Source: Candidatus Binataceae bacterium
Lineage (GTDB): Bacteria; Desulfobacterota; Binatia; Binatales; Binataceae
Reading direction: 5' to 3'
NCBI GenBank assembly: GCA_035493515.1
Contig: DATJID010000026.1
Coordinates: 173-64,172 of the forward strand
Length of the DNA stretch: 64,000 nt
Made by a program: the position numbers and the translations under genes. Each line of letters starts with the position of its first letter. Position 1 is the first letter of the stretch. Under the pieces are notes generated by a model. That model worked only from the letters and a program-made list of their open reading frames with translations. It made no database searches and had not been told where the DNA came from. Positions 1-8,911 of the stretch are shown in pieces.

Positions 1-273
1 CTCCGACGCCACGATGATGTTCATCGCCCAACTCAGGCCGTAAATGAGGTAAACGTAGGCGTAGCCAGGTGGCCCGAACATCACCGCGGTTCGCCTGGTG
101 CGCAGTCCGCGCGCGCTGTGCGCAGCGAGGTCACGTGGCCCGCGATATGCCTCGGCTTCCACGATGCGTCCGGCCGCTTCGCCCTCGGGCGTGCGATGCA
201 CCAGCAGCTTCCCGATACATTCGCGAGCCACCACCAGCACCGAACGGGCATAGAAACCGCGGGCCAGCTTCAT
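1..273 (-). CDS. mpg: DNA-3-methyladenine glycosylase (AAG/Mpg family), first 91 codons only; C-terminus lies beyond the window edge
   Basis: Own translation from ATG at 273-271: [91 protein letters not shown]. The EAY.G..D.A.H and MFGPPG.AYVY.IYG strings are typical of this family. Absent from the ORF track because there is no stop in the window. Its ATG overlaps the pgi stop (ATGA at 270-273). Confidence 0.8.
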   Translation of the reverse strand, partial: MKLARGFYARSVLVVARECIGKLLVHRTPEGEAAGRIVEAEAYRGPRDLAAHSARGLRTRRTAVMFGPPGYAYVYLIYGLSWAMNIIVASE

Positions 274-1913
274 CCGGTCTTTTTTCGATGCCTCCGGTAG
301 CGCCCGATCAGCGCGTTGGTCGAGCTGTCGTGCTTGAGCTGCGGCTCCGCGGCGGCCTCAAGCTCGGAGATGATTCGCTGGGCCAGCACCTTGCCCAACT
401 CCACTCCCCACTGGTCAAACGAATCGATGCCCCATAGTGCGCCTTGCGTAAACACGCTGTGCTCATAGAGCGCCACCAGTTTACCCAGCGTCTCGGGTGT
501 CAATTGCCCGGCAAGAATCGTGGTCGACGGGCGATTACCCTCGAACACGCGATGCGGCACTAGCCAGTCCGGCGTACCTTCGGCCTTCACCTGCTCCGGA
601 GTCTTGCCGAATGCGAGCGCTTCGCCCTGGGCGAAGACGTTGGCGAGCAGCATATCGTGATGGCGGCCGAGCGGATTGAGGGCCTGGTAAAATGCGATGA
701 AGTCGCAGGGTATAAGTTTCGTGCCTTGATGAATCAACTGGTAGAACGAATGCTGCCCATTGGTTCCGGGCTCGCCCCAGAAAATCGGACCGGTCTGGTA
801 ATCCACTGCCGTTCCGGCGAGCGTTACATGCTTGCCATTGGATTCCATCGTGAGCTGCTGAAGATAGGCGGGAAAGCGCTTCAGATATTGCTCGTAGGGA
901 AAAACGCCGACCGTCTGTGCACCGAAGAAATCGTTGTACCAGATCGAAAGCAGCCCCATGATAACCGGAAGGTTGCTCTCGAACGGCGCGGTGCGGAAGT
1001 GCTCGTCGATGGCATGGAAACCGGCAAGCATCGCGCGAAAGTGCTCGGGGCCAATCGCTATCATGGTCGACAGTCCGATCGCGGAGTCCATCGAATAGCG
1101 CCCGCCGACCCAGTCCCAGAACCCGAACATGTTGTGCGTGTCGATTCCGAACTTGCTCACCTCGGCGGCGTTGGTCGAGACCGCGACGAAATGTTTGGCA
1201 ATAGCCTTCTCGTCGCCGAGGGCGTCGAGGCTCCACTTACGCGCGCTCTGCGCATTGGTCATGGTCTCGAGCGTGGTGAAGGTCTTCGACGAAATAATGA
1301 ACAGAGTCTCCGCCGGGTCCAGGTCGCGCGTCGCCTCGGCGAAGTCGGTGCCATCCACGTTGGAGACGAAGCGCAAGGTGAGATTGCGATCGCTGTAGTG
1401 GCGCAGCGCCTCGTAGGCCATCACCGGCCCCAGATCCGAGCCGCCGATTCCGACGTTGATGACATTGCGGATCCGTTTGCCGGTATAACCTTTCCACGAA
1501 CCGTCGCGCACGCCGGTGCTGAACGCCGCCATCCGATCGAGCACCGCGTGCACCTCGGGCACCACGTTTTTGCCGTCGGCCATGATCGCCGCGCCGCGCG
1601 GCGCGCGCAGCGCCACGTGCAACACGGCACGCCCCTCAGTGACATTGATCTTCTCGCCCGCGAACATCGCGTCGATCCGCCCGCGCAGGCCCGTCTCGTC
1701 GGCCAGTGCCAGCAGCAGGCGCATCGTGTCGCCATTGATCCGATGCTTGGAGTAATCGAGGTAGAGACCCGCCGCTTCGGCCGCGAAACGCTCGCCGCGT
1801 TTCGGATCTTCGCTAAAGAGCGTTCGCAGATGAACGTCGCGAATCTTGCGGTAATGTTCGCCCAGCGCCTTCCACGCCGGCCGCGCGGTGAGCGGCGCCG
1901 CTTTGGTCTCCAT
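270..1913 (-). CDS. pgi: glucose-6-phosphate isomerase
   Basis: 547-aa ORF, full-length PGI-like translation (WKALGEHY..., [36 protein letters not shown]). Confidence 0.95.
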   Translation of the reverse strand: METKAAPLTARPAWKALGEHYRKIRDVHLRTLFSEDPKRGERFAAEAAGLYLDYSKHRINGDTMRLLLALADETGLRGRIDAMFAGEKINVTEGRAVLHVALRAPRGAAIMADGKNVVPEVHAVLDRMAAFSTGVRDGSWKGYTGKRIRNVINVGIGGSDLGPVMAYEALRHYSDRNLTLRFVSNVDGTDFAEATRDLDPAETLFIISSKTFTTLETMTNAQSARKWSLDALGDEKAIAKHFVAVSTNAAEVSKFGIDTHNMFGFWDWVGGRYSMDSAIGLSTMIAIGPEHFRAMLAGFHAIDEHFRTAPFESNLPVIMGLLSIWYNDFFGAQTVGVFPYEQYLKRFPAYLQQLTMESNGKHVTLAGTAVDYQTGPIFWGEPGTNGQHSFYQLIHQGTKLIPCDFIAFYQALNPLGRHHDMLLANVFAQGEALAFGKTPEQVKAEGTPDWLVPHRVFEGNRPSTTILAGQLTPETLGKLVALYEHSVFTQGALWGIDSFDQWGVELGKVLAQRIISELEAAAEPQLKHDSSTNALIGRYRRHRKKTG

Positions 1914-1955
1914 TGGTCCGTTCCCCTTTTCCGCCAGTCAGGTTCTGCCGGTGAA

Positions 1956-3041
1956 TCAACTCGCCTTCTTGAGGGCCGCGCTCTTGTCAACGATGCAGGC
2001 CAGGAGGTCGTCCCACGATTTGACGAACGCTTCGGCGCCCTCGCGCTGAAGCTGCCTCGCCAGCGCGTCGATATCCACTCCCGCCCTGATGAACTCGGCC
2101 AGTTCCGCCTCCGCATTGCCGCCATCGTGCGGCAGCATCGCACCAATCTCGCCATGGTCGGCGAGCGCCTTGAGCGTATTCTCAGGCATCGTGTTGACGG
2201 TGTGCGGCGACGCCAGCGACTTCACATAGAGCACGTCGGAAGCCTTGGGATCCTTGGTGCCGGTGCTGGCCCACAGCAGCCGCTGCGAGCGCGCGCCGAA
2301 GTTGAGGAGCCTCAGCCAGCGGTCGGAGCCGAGCACCTCGCGGTAGGCTTTGTAGATGCGTTTGGACATCGCGATGCCGAGGCGATCGTGCAGCGCTGGC
2401 GGCACTTTCTTCGCCGCCGCGACGTCCCATCGGCTGACGAACACGGAGGCGACCGAGCCGACGTGCGGGTTGAGGCCGGCCGCCACGCGGCGCTCGATAC
2501 CGCGAATGTAGGCCTCAGCCGCCGCGAGATACTGCTCGCGCGAGAACAACAGCGTCACGTTGATCGGCACGCCCGCGAAGATCGCCTCTTCGATCGCCGG
2601 CACGCCCTCGCGAGTTCCGGGAATCTTCATGAAGAGGTTCGGACGCGCGCCGCGCGCGGAGAGTTGTTTCGCCGCATTGATGCTGCCGGCCGTGTCGTAC
2701 GCGAGCTTGGGCGAAATTTCCAGCGAGACCCATCCGTCGACTCCGTTGGTCCGGTCGTGCACGGGGCGAAAGAGGTCGGCGGCGCGCGTCAGGTCTTCGA
2801 GCGCGAGTTCGAAGAACAGCGCCTCGCCCTCCTTGCGAGCGGCGGTTTTTTCCCGAATCGCCGCGTCGTAGTCGTTGCTGTTCTTGATCGCCTGGTCGAA
2901 GATGCTCGGATTGGAGGTCAGGCCGGTGATCGACAACTCATCGATGTAGCGCTTGAGCCCGCCGCCGGTAAGCAGCGCCCGCGTGATGTTATCCAGCCAG
3001 AGACTCTGGCCAGCCTCGTGCAGTTTTTGTGTCGCTTTCAT
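1956..3041 (-). CDS. tal: transaldolase (long, actinobacterial-type form)
   Basis: 361-aa ORF starting MKATQKLHEAGQSLWLDNITR...LTGLTSNPSIF with a FMKIPGT lysine motif. Confidence 0.93.
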   Translation of the reverse strand: MKATQKLHEAGQSLWLDNITRALLTGGGLKRYIDELSITGLTSNPSIFDQAIKNSNDYDAAIREKTAARKEGEALFFELALEDLTRAADLFRPVHDRTNGVDGWVSLEISPKLAYDTAGSINAAKQLSARGARPNLFMKIPGTREGVPAIEEAIFAGVPINVTLLFSREQYLAAAEAYIRGIERRVAAGLNPHVGSVASVFVSRWDVAAAKKVPPALHDRLGIAMSKRIYKAYREVLGSDRWLRLLNFGARSQRLLWASTGTKDPKASDVLYVKSLASPHTVNTMPENTLKALADHGEIGAMLPHDGGNAEAELAEFIRAGVDIDALARQLQREGAEAFVKSWDDLLACIVDKSAALKKAS

Positions 3042-3136
3042 AATTCCTCCCGCTCCTGGTCCGGCGCGCGACGCGCTGGAACAGGGCGAACTGAGTCGCT
3101 CAAGTTTGGGTCGGCTTGACCCGAACGGTTCATAAC

Positions 3137-3183
3137 TTCATTTTCAACTTACGCGTCTTCATTTCAACTCACGTCAACTCACG
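3137..3183. repeat. AT-rich imperfect tandem repeat in the zwf-tal spacer (2.5 units)
   Basis: ttcattttcaacttacg (3137-3153), ttcatttcaactcacg (3158-3173), tcaactcacg (3174-3183). The last unit contains the zwf stop codon (3179-3181). Confidence 0.7.
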
Positions 3184-4555
3184 CGGGCGGGTTGTGCCAG
3201 CCGCCGACTTCCGCGGTCAGCTGCGCGGCTTTGGCCGGACCCCAGGTGCCCGGCTGATATTCCAGCACCGCAGTGGCGTCGCCCAAAATCGGCTGCACGA
3301 TCGCCCACTGCGCCTCGACTGCGTCCTGGCGCGTGAACAACAGATGGTCACCCGCCATAGCGTCACCCAGCAGCCGCTCGTAGGCTTCCATCTCTTCGCC
3401 TTCGGGCCGTTGCACGAGTTTGAGTTCCGTGGCTTCGGAATCCATGTGCTCACCGGGACGCTTGACCTGTGCGCCGACGGCGATTATCACGTCGGGGCCC
3501 AGGCGGAAACGAAAGTAGTTCGCATCCTCCGGACTAAGCTTGCGCAGCGGCGGCCGCTTGAGCGTCACCCTCACCTCGGTGGCGGTCACCGGCATACACT
3601 TGCCGGCACGGATGAAGAACGGCACGCCTTCCCATCGCCATGAATCGATATGCAGGCGCACGGCCGCGAAGGTCTCGACCGTCGAGCCCGATTTGACGCC
3701 TGGCTCCTTGAGATAGCCACTGAACTGTCCGCGCACGAGGTCATCGGGATCCAGCGGCAGGATCGAACGGAAGACCTTGACCTTCTCGTCCTGGATCGAC
3801 TCGGGATACGTGGTCAGCGGCGGTTCCATCGCCAGGTATGCCACGACCTGGAGCAGATGATTCTGCACCACGTCGCGGATCGCGCCGTTGGCGTCATAGA
3901 AAGCGCCGCGGCCCTGTACGCCAAAACTCTCGGCCATCGTGATCTGCACGCTCTCAACGTAGCGCCGATTCCAGATCGGCTCGAGAAAGGAATTGGCAAA
4001 ACGGAACAGTACCAGGTTCTGTACCGGCTCCTGGCCGAGATAGTGATCGATACGAAACACGGCGGACTCGTCAAAGACCTTGTGCAGCGTTACGTTGAGG
4101 GCCTGCGCCGAGGGCAGATCGTGCCCGAATGGCTTTTCGAGGATCACTCGTCCATCGCGCGCGCACCCGGAAGAGCCAAGATTCTCGACCACGGTCGCAA
4201 ACAGACTCGGGGGAATCGCCAGGTAGTGCGTCGGATGCTTCGCGCCGCCCATTGCCTTGAGCAGCGCCGTATACGTCGATGCGTCCTGGTAGTCGCTATC
4301 GATATAGCCCAAGCGCGCGACGAGCCTCCTGAAGGCCTGATCGTCGACGCCGCCGCCATGCTTCTCGATACTCTCTTTGGCGCGGGCGCGCAGTTGATCG
4401 AGATTCCAGCCCGACTTCGCCACCCCGATCACTGGAAATTCCAGATGGCCGCGCCGCGCCATCGCGTGCAACGCCGGGAAAATCTTCTTGTAGGCGAGGT
4501 CGCCGCTGGCGCCAAAAAACGCCAGTGCATCGGAGTGCGGGGCCCCGGTGTTCAT
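3179..4555 (-). CDS. zwf: glucose-6-phosphate 1-dehydrogenase
   Basis: 458-aa ORF with [16 protein letters not shown] (NADP site) and RIDHYLGQE (active-site motif). Its ATG overlaps the gnd stop (ATGA at 4552-4555). Confidence 0.95.
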   Translation of the reverse strand: MNTGAPHSDALAFFGASGDLAYKKIFPALHAMARRGHLEFPVIGVAKSGWNLDQLRARAKESIEKHGGGVDDQAFRRLVARLGYIDSDYQDASTYTALLKAMGGAKHPTHYLAIPPSLFATVVENLGSSGCARDGRVILEKPFGHDLPSAQALNVTLHKVFDESAVFRIDHYLGQEPVQNLVLFRFANSFLEPIWNRRYVESVQITMAESFGVQGRGAFYDANGAIRDVVQNHLLQVVAYLAMEPPLTTYPESIQDEKVKVFRSILPLDPDDLVRGQFSGYLKEPGVKSGSTVETFAAVRLHIDSWRWEGVPFFIRAGKCMPVTATEVRVTLKRPPLRKLSPEDANYFRFRLGPDVIIAVGAQVKRPGEHMDSEATELKLVQRPEGEEMEAYERLLGDAMAGDHLLFTRQDAVEAQWAIVQPILGDATAVLEYQPGTWGPAKAAQLTAEVGGWHNPPA

Positions 4556-5568
4556 GACTTCTTCTCCACGTGGCCGCCGAACTCGTAGCGCATCGCCGAC
4601 AGCATCTTATCGGCGAAGTCGGCCGCGCCTCGCGAGCTGAAGCGCTCGTACAGCGCCGCCGTCAGCACCGGCGCCGGCACTCCTTCATCGATCGCCGCAT
4701 CGACGGTCCATCGCCCCTCGCCCGAATCCGAGACCCGGCCGGCAAACTTCGCCAATTCGGGATCGCCCGCCAGCGCATCGGCCGTCAGGTCGAGCAGCCA
4801 CGAGGCGATCACACTGCCGCGGCGCCAAACCTCGGCAATGTCGGTGAGGTTGAAATCGTACTGGTAGAGTTCCGGATCGCGCAGTGGCGTGGTCTCGGCG
4901 TCAGCCACGTGCTGCTGCTTGCCGACGTTGGCATGACGCAGGATGTTCATTCCTTCCGCGTACGCGGCCATCAAACCGTACTCGATTCCGTTGTGCACCA
5001 TCTTGACGAAATGACCGGCGCCGTTGGGCCCGCAATGCAGGTAGCCGTGCTCGGCGGTGGTCGGGGCGGCTTTCTCGCGTGCGGCGGTGCGTGGCGCCGA
5101 GTCGAGCGGCGGTGCGAGCGTGGCGAAAATCGGATCGAGATGTTTCACGATTTCGGGCTCGCCGCCAATCATCTGGCAAAACCCGCGCTCGAGCCCCCAT
5201 ACGCCGCCGCTGGTGCCGGAATCGACGTAGTGGAGGCCCTTAGCACGCAATGCTTTGGCGCGGCGAAGATCATCCACATAGTAAGAGTTGCCGCCGTCGA
5301 CAAGGATGTCGCCCGGCTCGAACCTGCCCGAAAGGTCAGCAAGCGTTTTCTCGACCACCGCCGCCGGCACCATCATCCACGCCACCCGCGGCTTCTTGAG
5401 CTTCGCTTTGAAATCATCCAACGAAGACGCGCCGATCGCACCCTCCTTGGCCAGTGCCTTTACCGCATCGGCACTGACGTCGAAGACCACGCACTCATGA
5501 CCACCGCGCAGGAGACGGCGCACCATGTTGGCGCCCATCCTGCCCAGACCGACCATACCCATCTGCAT
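4552..5568 (-). CDS. gnd: 6-phosphogluconate dehydrogenase, decarboxylating (short ~340-aa form)
   Basis: [19 protein letters not shown] Rossmann N-terminus and DGGNSYY motif. AAGGAG lies 8 nt before the ATG at 5568. The track start at 5589 is an alternative. Confidence 0.9.
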   Translation of the reverse strand: MQMGMVGLGRMGANMVRRLLRGGHECVVFDVSADAVKALAKEGAIGASSLDDFKAKLKKPRVAWMMVPAAVVEKTLADLSGRFEPGDILVDGGNSYYVDDLRRAKALRAKGLHYVDSGTSGGVWGLERGFCQMIGGEPEIVKHLDPIFATLAPPLDSAPRTAAREKAAPTTAEHGYLHCGPNGAGHFVKMVHNGIEYGLMAAYAEGMNILRHANVGKQQHVADAETTPLRDPELYQYDFNLTDIAEVWRRGSVIASWLLDLTADALAGDPELAKFAGRVSDSGEGRWTVDAAIDEGVPAPVLTAALYERFSSRGAADFADKMLSAMRYEFGGHVEKKS

Positions 5569-5962
5569 TGCTATCGCTCCTTGGATCATAGTTCGCTCGC
5601 CGGCGAAGCGTTGGAATGAAAGTCCTTTGGCGAGCCATTAACGCGAAGATGTGCTGCAACTAACAGTATGCACTGCCTCGGCTCTCATAAAGAACACGGC
5701 CGCACCTTTTCGCGGGCAGGGTTCCAGCCGCCGAAGGCATTATGGTGGACCGACCCGCGCGGCCGCGTTGGTGGGGAATTGCGCGAACGATACCGCCTAT
5801 GGGCTCGCACTCAGAAAATCGTGAATCGTGTTATCTCGACGACCACCCTAGCCATACATACATGCTGGTTCTTCTATTTTGGGATTGCCCGCCCCTCAAA
5901 ACACGTCACAGATTCCCCTTCTTCTACCTCGACACAAAATTATTGCGTAATTTAGGCTAAAT

Positions 5963-5992
5963 TTGCCAAATTAAAGCGATTTATGCTAATCT
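5963..5992 (+). promoter_or_regulatory. candidate sigma70-type promoter for flp (TTGCCA-18 nt-TAATCT)
   Basis: Hexamers read directly in a 30% G+C stretch about 80 nt upstream of the flp ATG. Spacing is slightly long. Confidence 0.3.
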
Positions 5993-6071
5993 ACTCTCTA
6001 TGAGGTCGTTGTCGTGCAAGTGGTGGCAAAGGTCACTTTTGTGGCCCTAGAGGAGAGAGGAGGTTATTGGC

Positions 6072-6263
6072 ATGAACTTGAAATGTGGAATTTTGGCAAA
6101 GGCGCGAAAATCCAACCTGGGCCAGACGTTCACGGAATATTCGATCATCCTTTTGTTAGTCGCCGTCGCAGCTTATTCTGCCTACGCGGGATTGGGTTTC
6201 GGCGTCAAAAGCTTTGCGGGCAACGTCGTTACGTTCATCGCCACGGCAGTGGCTGCTCTTTAG
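6072..6263 (+). CDS. flp: Flp/Fap-family type IVb pilin precursor
   Basis: 63 aa. Charged leader, then G/QTFTEYSIILLLVAVAA, which fits the Flp processing motif G/xxxxEY followed by a hydrophobic helix. GAGAGGAGG RBS upstream. Confidence 0.75.
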   Translation: MNLKCGILAKARKSNLGQTFTEYSIILLLVAVAAYSAYAGLGFGVKSFAGNVVTFIATAVAAL

Positions 6264-6382
6264 GGGGGCGCGTAGCGATCGAGCGCCGGGGTCCGCTTCA
6301 CGACTCTATATGGCATCCGGCAGCTTCACGGGGACAGTAGCTGGGTAGCGATAAGAGAAGAGATGGCGGACCGAATGTTGGA

Positions 6383-6414
6383 GGCCGGAGTTTTTCTCCG
6401 GCCTTTTTTCTTTT
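6383..6414 (+). terminator. Rho-independent terminator
   Basis: GGCCGGAG-ttttt-CTCCGGCC perfect 8-bp stem (6383-6403) followed by TTTTTTCTTTT. Confidence 0.7.
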
Positions 6415-6826
6415 GGCTCAAAGAGTCTTTCGAAAAAGCGCTTTTCGTAAGTCCGTCCAGCTGCATGAAGATCCGGTCGGCGATGCATCTGAATAATTCC
6501 GCGGGGTCATCGTCGAATATTTCAGGCGCGGATTTTTTTGGCGGTCATCGCCGCCGCGCCGCGGTTGCTTACTCCTCCCGGCAGCCGAAGTGAGGTACGC
6601 CGCAAGGCGGACCACGAACAGGCGGGCATCGGGGAGCCTCCCCCCTCCCACGATGCCCGCCGTTCCTTTGTCCGGCGGCAGCAATCAACTGTTCTTAGTT
6701 TCGAAATTCACCCGGTGCCTTTTTTATAGCGCGCCGTCTGTTTTCCAGCCCGGCGCGATCAAGTTTGTTTGGTTTTCGCGCGACGCTTCTTGACAGCGCG
6801 GGAGCCGCCACGGCATAGCTGGATGC

Positions 6827-7300
6827 TTGATGTGGCAGAAAAGATGTTTGGTGATCGCTCCGTTTTTGGCTTTCGTGATAACGACGCTGTTGCTCAGTTG
6901 CGGGGGAAGCTCCAACAATACGGCGCCAATTGCCACGTCGACGCCGATAACCATCATAGCGGTGCGGGTTTGCGCCCAAGCTCCATCGACTGGCGCCGCG
7001 TGCACGCAGGCGACATCTGCCGAGGTCGCTCTCAGTACATCGAAATTCCAACTCTACGCTCAGGGTGAATTCAGCTCCAACGGGGTCAGCTCTTTCAACG
7101 ATATCTCGCCCTCGGCGAGTTGGTTCGTGAACAACAGTCTTCTCTTGAGCAACGGCTTGGGTTTTTTCACCTCGGGACCGGTCAAGGGATGTTCGTGCAT
7201 AACGGCGGCCTCCGGGACGGTCGTTAGCCCGCCGGTGCTGATTGGGATTGGTCAATCTCCCTCGCTGTGCAGCCCCTGCCCTGCGTCTCCTCCTTCTTGA
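6827..7300 (+). CDS. lipoprotein with bacterial Ig-like (Big_2-like) domain
   Basis: Signal peptide with lipobox LLLSC. The core FQLYAQGEFSSNGVSSFNDISPSASWFVNNS...GCSCITAASG resembles Big_2 repeats. Confidence 0.55.
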   Translation: MMWQKRCLVIAPFLAFVITTLLLSCGGSSNNTAPIATSTPITIIAVRVCAQAPSTGAACTQATSAEVALSTSKFQLYAQGEFSSNGVSSFNDISPSASWFVNNSLLLSNGLGFFTSGPVKGCSCITAASGTVVSPPVLIGIGQSPSLCSPCPASPPS

Positions 7301-7406
7301 AAGCCTCACAGGGCATCGCGCCGACCTCGGAGCATCGCCGCGACGACATTGAGGAGCTGGGGCCCAGAGTTGAAAAGTTATCCACTATGAGGCGTTTGGG
7401 GGAGAT

Positions 7407-7435
7407 TTGACACCGCTCGGACGGGCCGATAGGGT
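7407..7435 (+). promoter_or_regulatory. candidate sigma70-type promoter of the TetR-led cluster (TTGACA-17 nt-TAGGGT)
   Basis: Perfect -35 hexamer at 7407-7412, 17-nt spacer, TAnnnT -10 at 7430-7435, about 27 nt before the TetR ATG. Confidence 0.45.
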
Positions 7436-7461
7436 CTAATTCTCCTGAGGATTTTGCGGTA

Positions 7462-8112
7462 ATGGAACGACAGGCCCGGCGCGCTCAAGTGTTGCGCCAC
7501 GCCAAGCGGATATTCGCGCGCAAAGGCTATCATCGGACCAATGTCGCTGATATCATCGCCCGCGCTCGCATCGCGCGAGGCACCTTCTACCTCTACTTTC
7601 AAAACAAGAAGGTTCTTTTCGAGGAACTTCTCGCCCAAGTGCTAACCGAGCTTTCACGCCGCATCCAGCGTCTGCGTCCGGACGAGCCCGACCCGGTCAA
7701 TCAACTCCGCGACAACCTCAAGCGGGTGATGAATTTCGTGCTGGCGGAACGCGAATTGACCGACATCCTGCTCAACCATTCAGTTGGTTTTGATCGCGAC
7801 CTCGACTTAAGGATTCTGGAATTCTATCAGCGTATCGCCGACGCCATTCAGCGCTCCCTGGACCTGGGAGTGCAGATGAATATGGTACGTCCCTGCGACA
7901 CGCGGATTGCGGCCTTTTGCATCCTGGGAGGAATCAAGGAAGTGGTCGGCCAGATCGCACGGCGGCGTCCGCGTGAGATCGATTCGCTGGTCGAGGAGAT
8001 TCTGGCCTTTGGACTGGGCGGCGTCGGGCGCCCGGAGTTGCTCGAAGAGGCCCGCCGGCGCGGCGAATTGCAGGTCCCGGCGCGCACTATTTCTGGCTCT
8101 AAAGTAGAATGA
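7462..8112 (+). CDS. TetR/AcrR-family transcriptional regulator
   Basis: N-terminal HTH RKGYHRTNVADIIARARIARGTFYLYFQNKKVLFEELL is a textbook TetR_N signature. Confidence 0.9.
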   Translation: MERQARRAQVLRHAKRIFARKGYHRTNVADIIARARIARGTFYLYFQNKKVLFEELLAQVLTELSRRIQRLRPDEPDPVNQLRDNLKRVMNFVLAERELTDILLNHSVGFDRDLDLRILEFYQRIADAIQRSLDLGVQMNMVRPCDTRIAAFCILGGIKEVVGQIARRRPREIDSLVEEILAFGLGGVGRPELLEEARRRGELQVPARTISGSKVE

Positions 8113-8113
8113 C

Positions 8114-8911
8114 ATGTCAGTTTACGTAACCAGAGCGGGACGCCCCTCCCGCGGCAAAGCCAAGGCCTGCGCCTTCTACGATCTGGACGGCACGCTGGCC
8201 GGGCTCAACCTGCTCCACGCCACCGCCTTCTTCATGACCAACCTGGGTGAGTGGAGTGGCCGCGCCGGCTATCTCGCCCGGCTTGCGCTCAGCCTTCCGT
8301 TGCTCTACATGGCCGAGCGTGACGACCGCCGCCTGCTCAACATGAAGCTGTTCGAGGCCTATAAGGGCGTCTCGCGCGATCGCCTGTGGGAACTCGGCGG
8401 CGAGTACTGCGAACGCGTGCTGATCCGCCATCTCTACCCGCACGCGATCGAAATGCTGGAGGCTAATCGCGCCGTGGGCATCGAGCCGGTGCTAGTGACC
8501 GGGTCACCCGATTTCCTGGTGGAACCGCTTGCGCGCCACCTCAAGATTAAACACTTCGCCGCCAATCGCCTGGTCTACAGCCGCGGACTCGCGACGGGCA
8601 GGATGCTGGAGCCGGTGATGGCGGGTTCAGAGAAATCGGCGTGGTGCGAAAGCTTCGCTGCGCAGCAGCGAATCAATATGGCCGCGTGCTGGGGGTACGC
8701 CGATTCATATTACGACCTGCCTTTTCTCTGCGCGCTGGGGCATCCGGTGGCCGTGAATCCCGACCGCCGCCTGCTCGCAGCCGCGCACAACCGCAAGTGG
8801 CCAATTGTTCGTTTCAGCCATGACGCCGGGTCGGGCCGCGAAGACGCGGCGGACGGCGGGTGGCTGCTGGACTGGCTGGGGAGAGCTACGGATGGCGCGA
8901 CCGGAAGGTAA
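8114..8911 (+). CDS. HAD-superfamily subfamily IB hydrolase (phosphatase-like)
   Basis: FYDLDGTL (DxDxT motif I), VTGSPDF (motif II) and GYADSYYDLPFL (motif IV region). Starts 1 nt after the TetR stop. Confidence 0.8.
   Translation: MSVYVTRAGRPSRGKAKACAFYDLDGTLAGLNLLHATAFFMTNLGEWSGRAGYLARLALSLPLLYMAERDDRRLLNMKLFEAYKGVSRDRLWELGGEYCERVLIRHLYPHAIEMLEANRAVGIEPVLVTGSPDFLVEPLARHLKIKHFAANRLVYSRGLATGRMLEPVMAGSEKSAWCESFAAQQRINMAACWGYADSYYDLPFLCALGHPVAVNPDRRLLAAAHNRKWPIVRFSHDAGSGREDAADGGWLLDWLGRATDGATGR

Noticed and set aside
657-3119. 820-aa plus-strand ORF spanning pgi and tal
   Set aside because: It is antisense to two genes with unmistakable PGI and transaldolase translations. Its own sequence is Arg/Ala/Gly-rich with no motifs. 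This is a typical high-GC shadow ORF.
6014-6340. 108-aa ORF overlapping flp in another frame
   Set aside because: The 63-aa frame has the Flp leader, processing motif, hydrophobic helix and an RBS. The longer frame has none of these.
8805-8891. Upstream extension of the DUF2088 ORF (track start at 8805)
   Set aside because: The extension lies wholly inside the HAD hydrolase coding sequence and reads as low-complexity sequence. The ATG at 8892 gives a sensible N-terminus with a 20-nt overlap.
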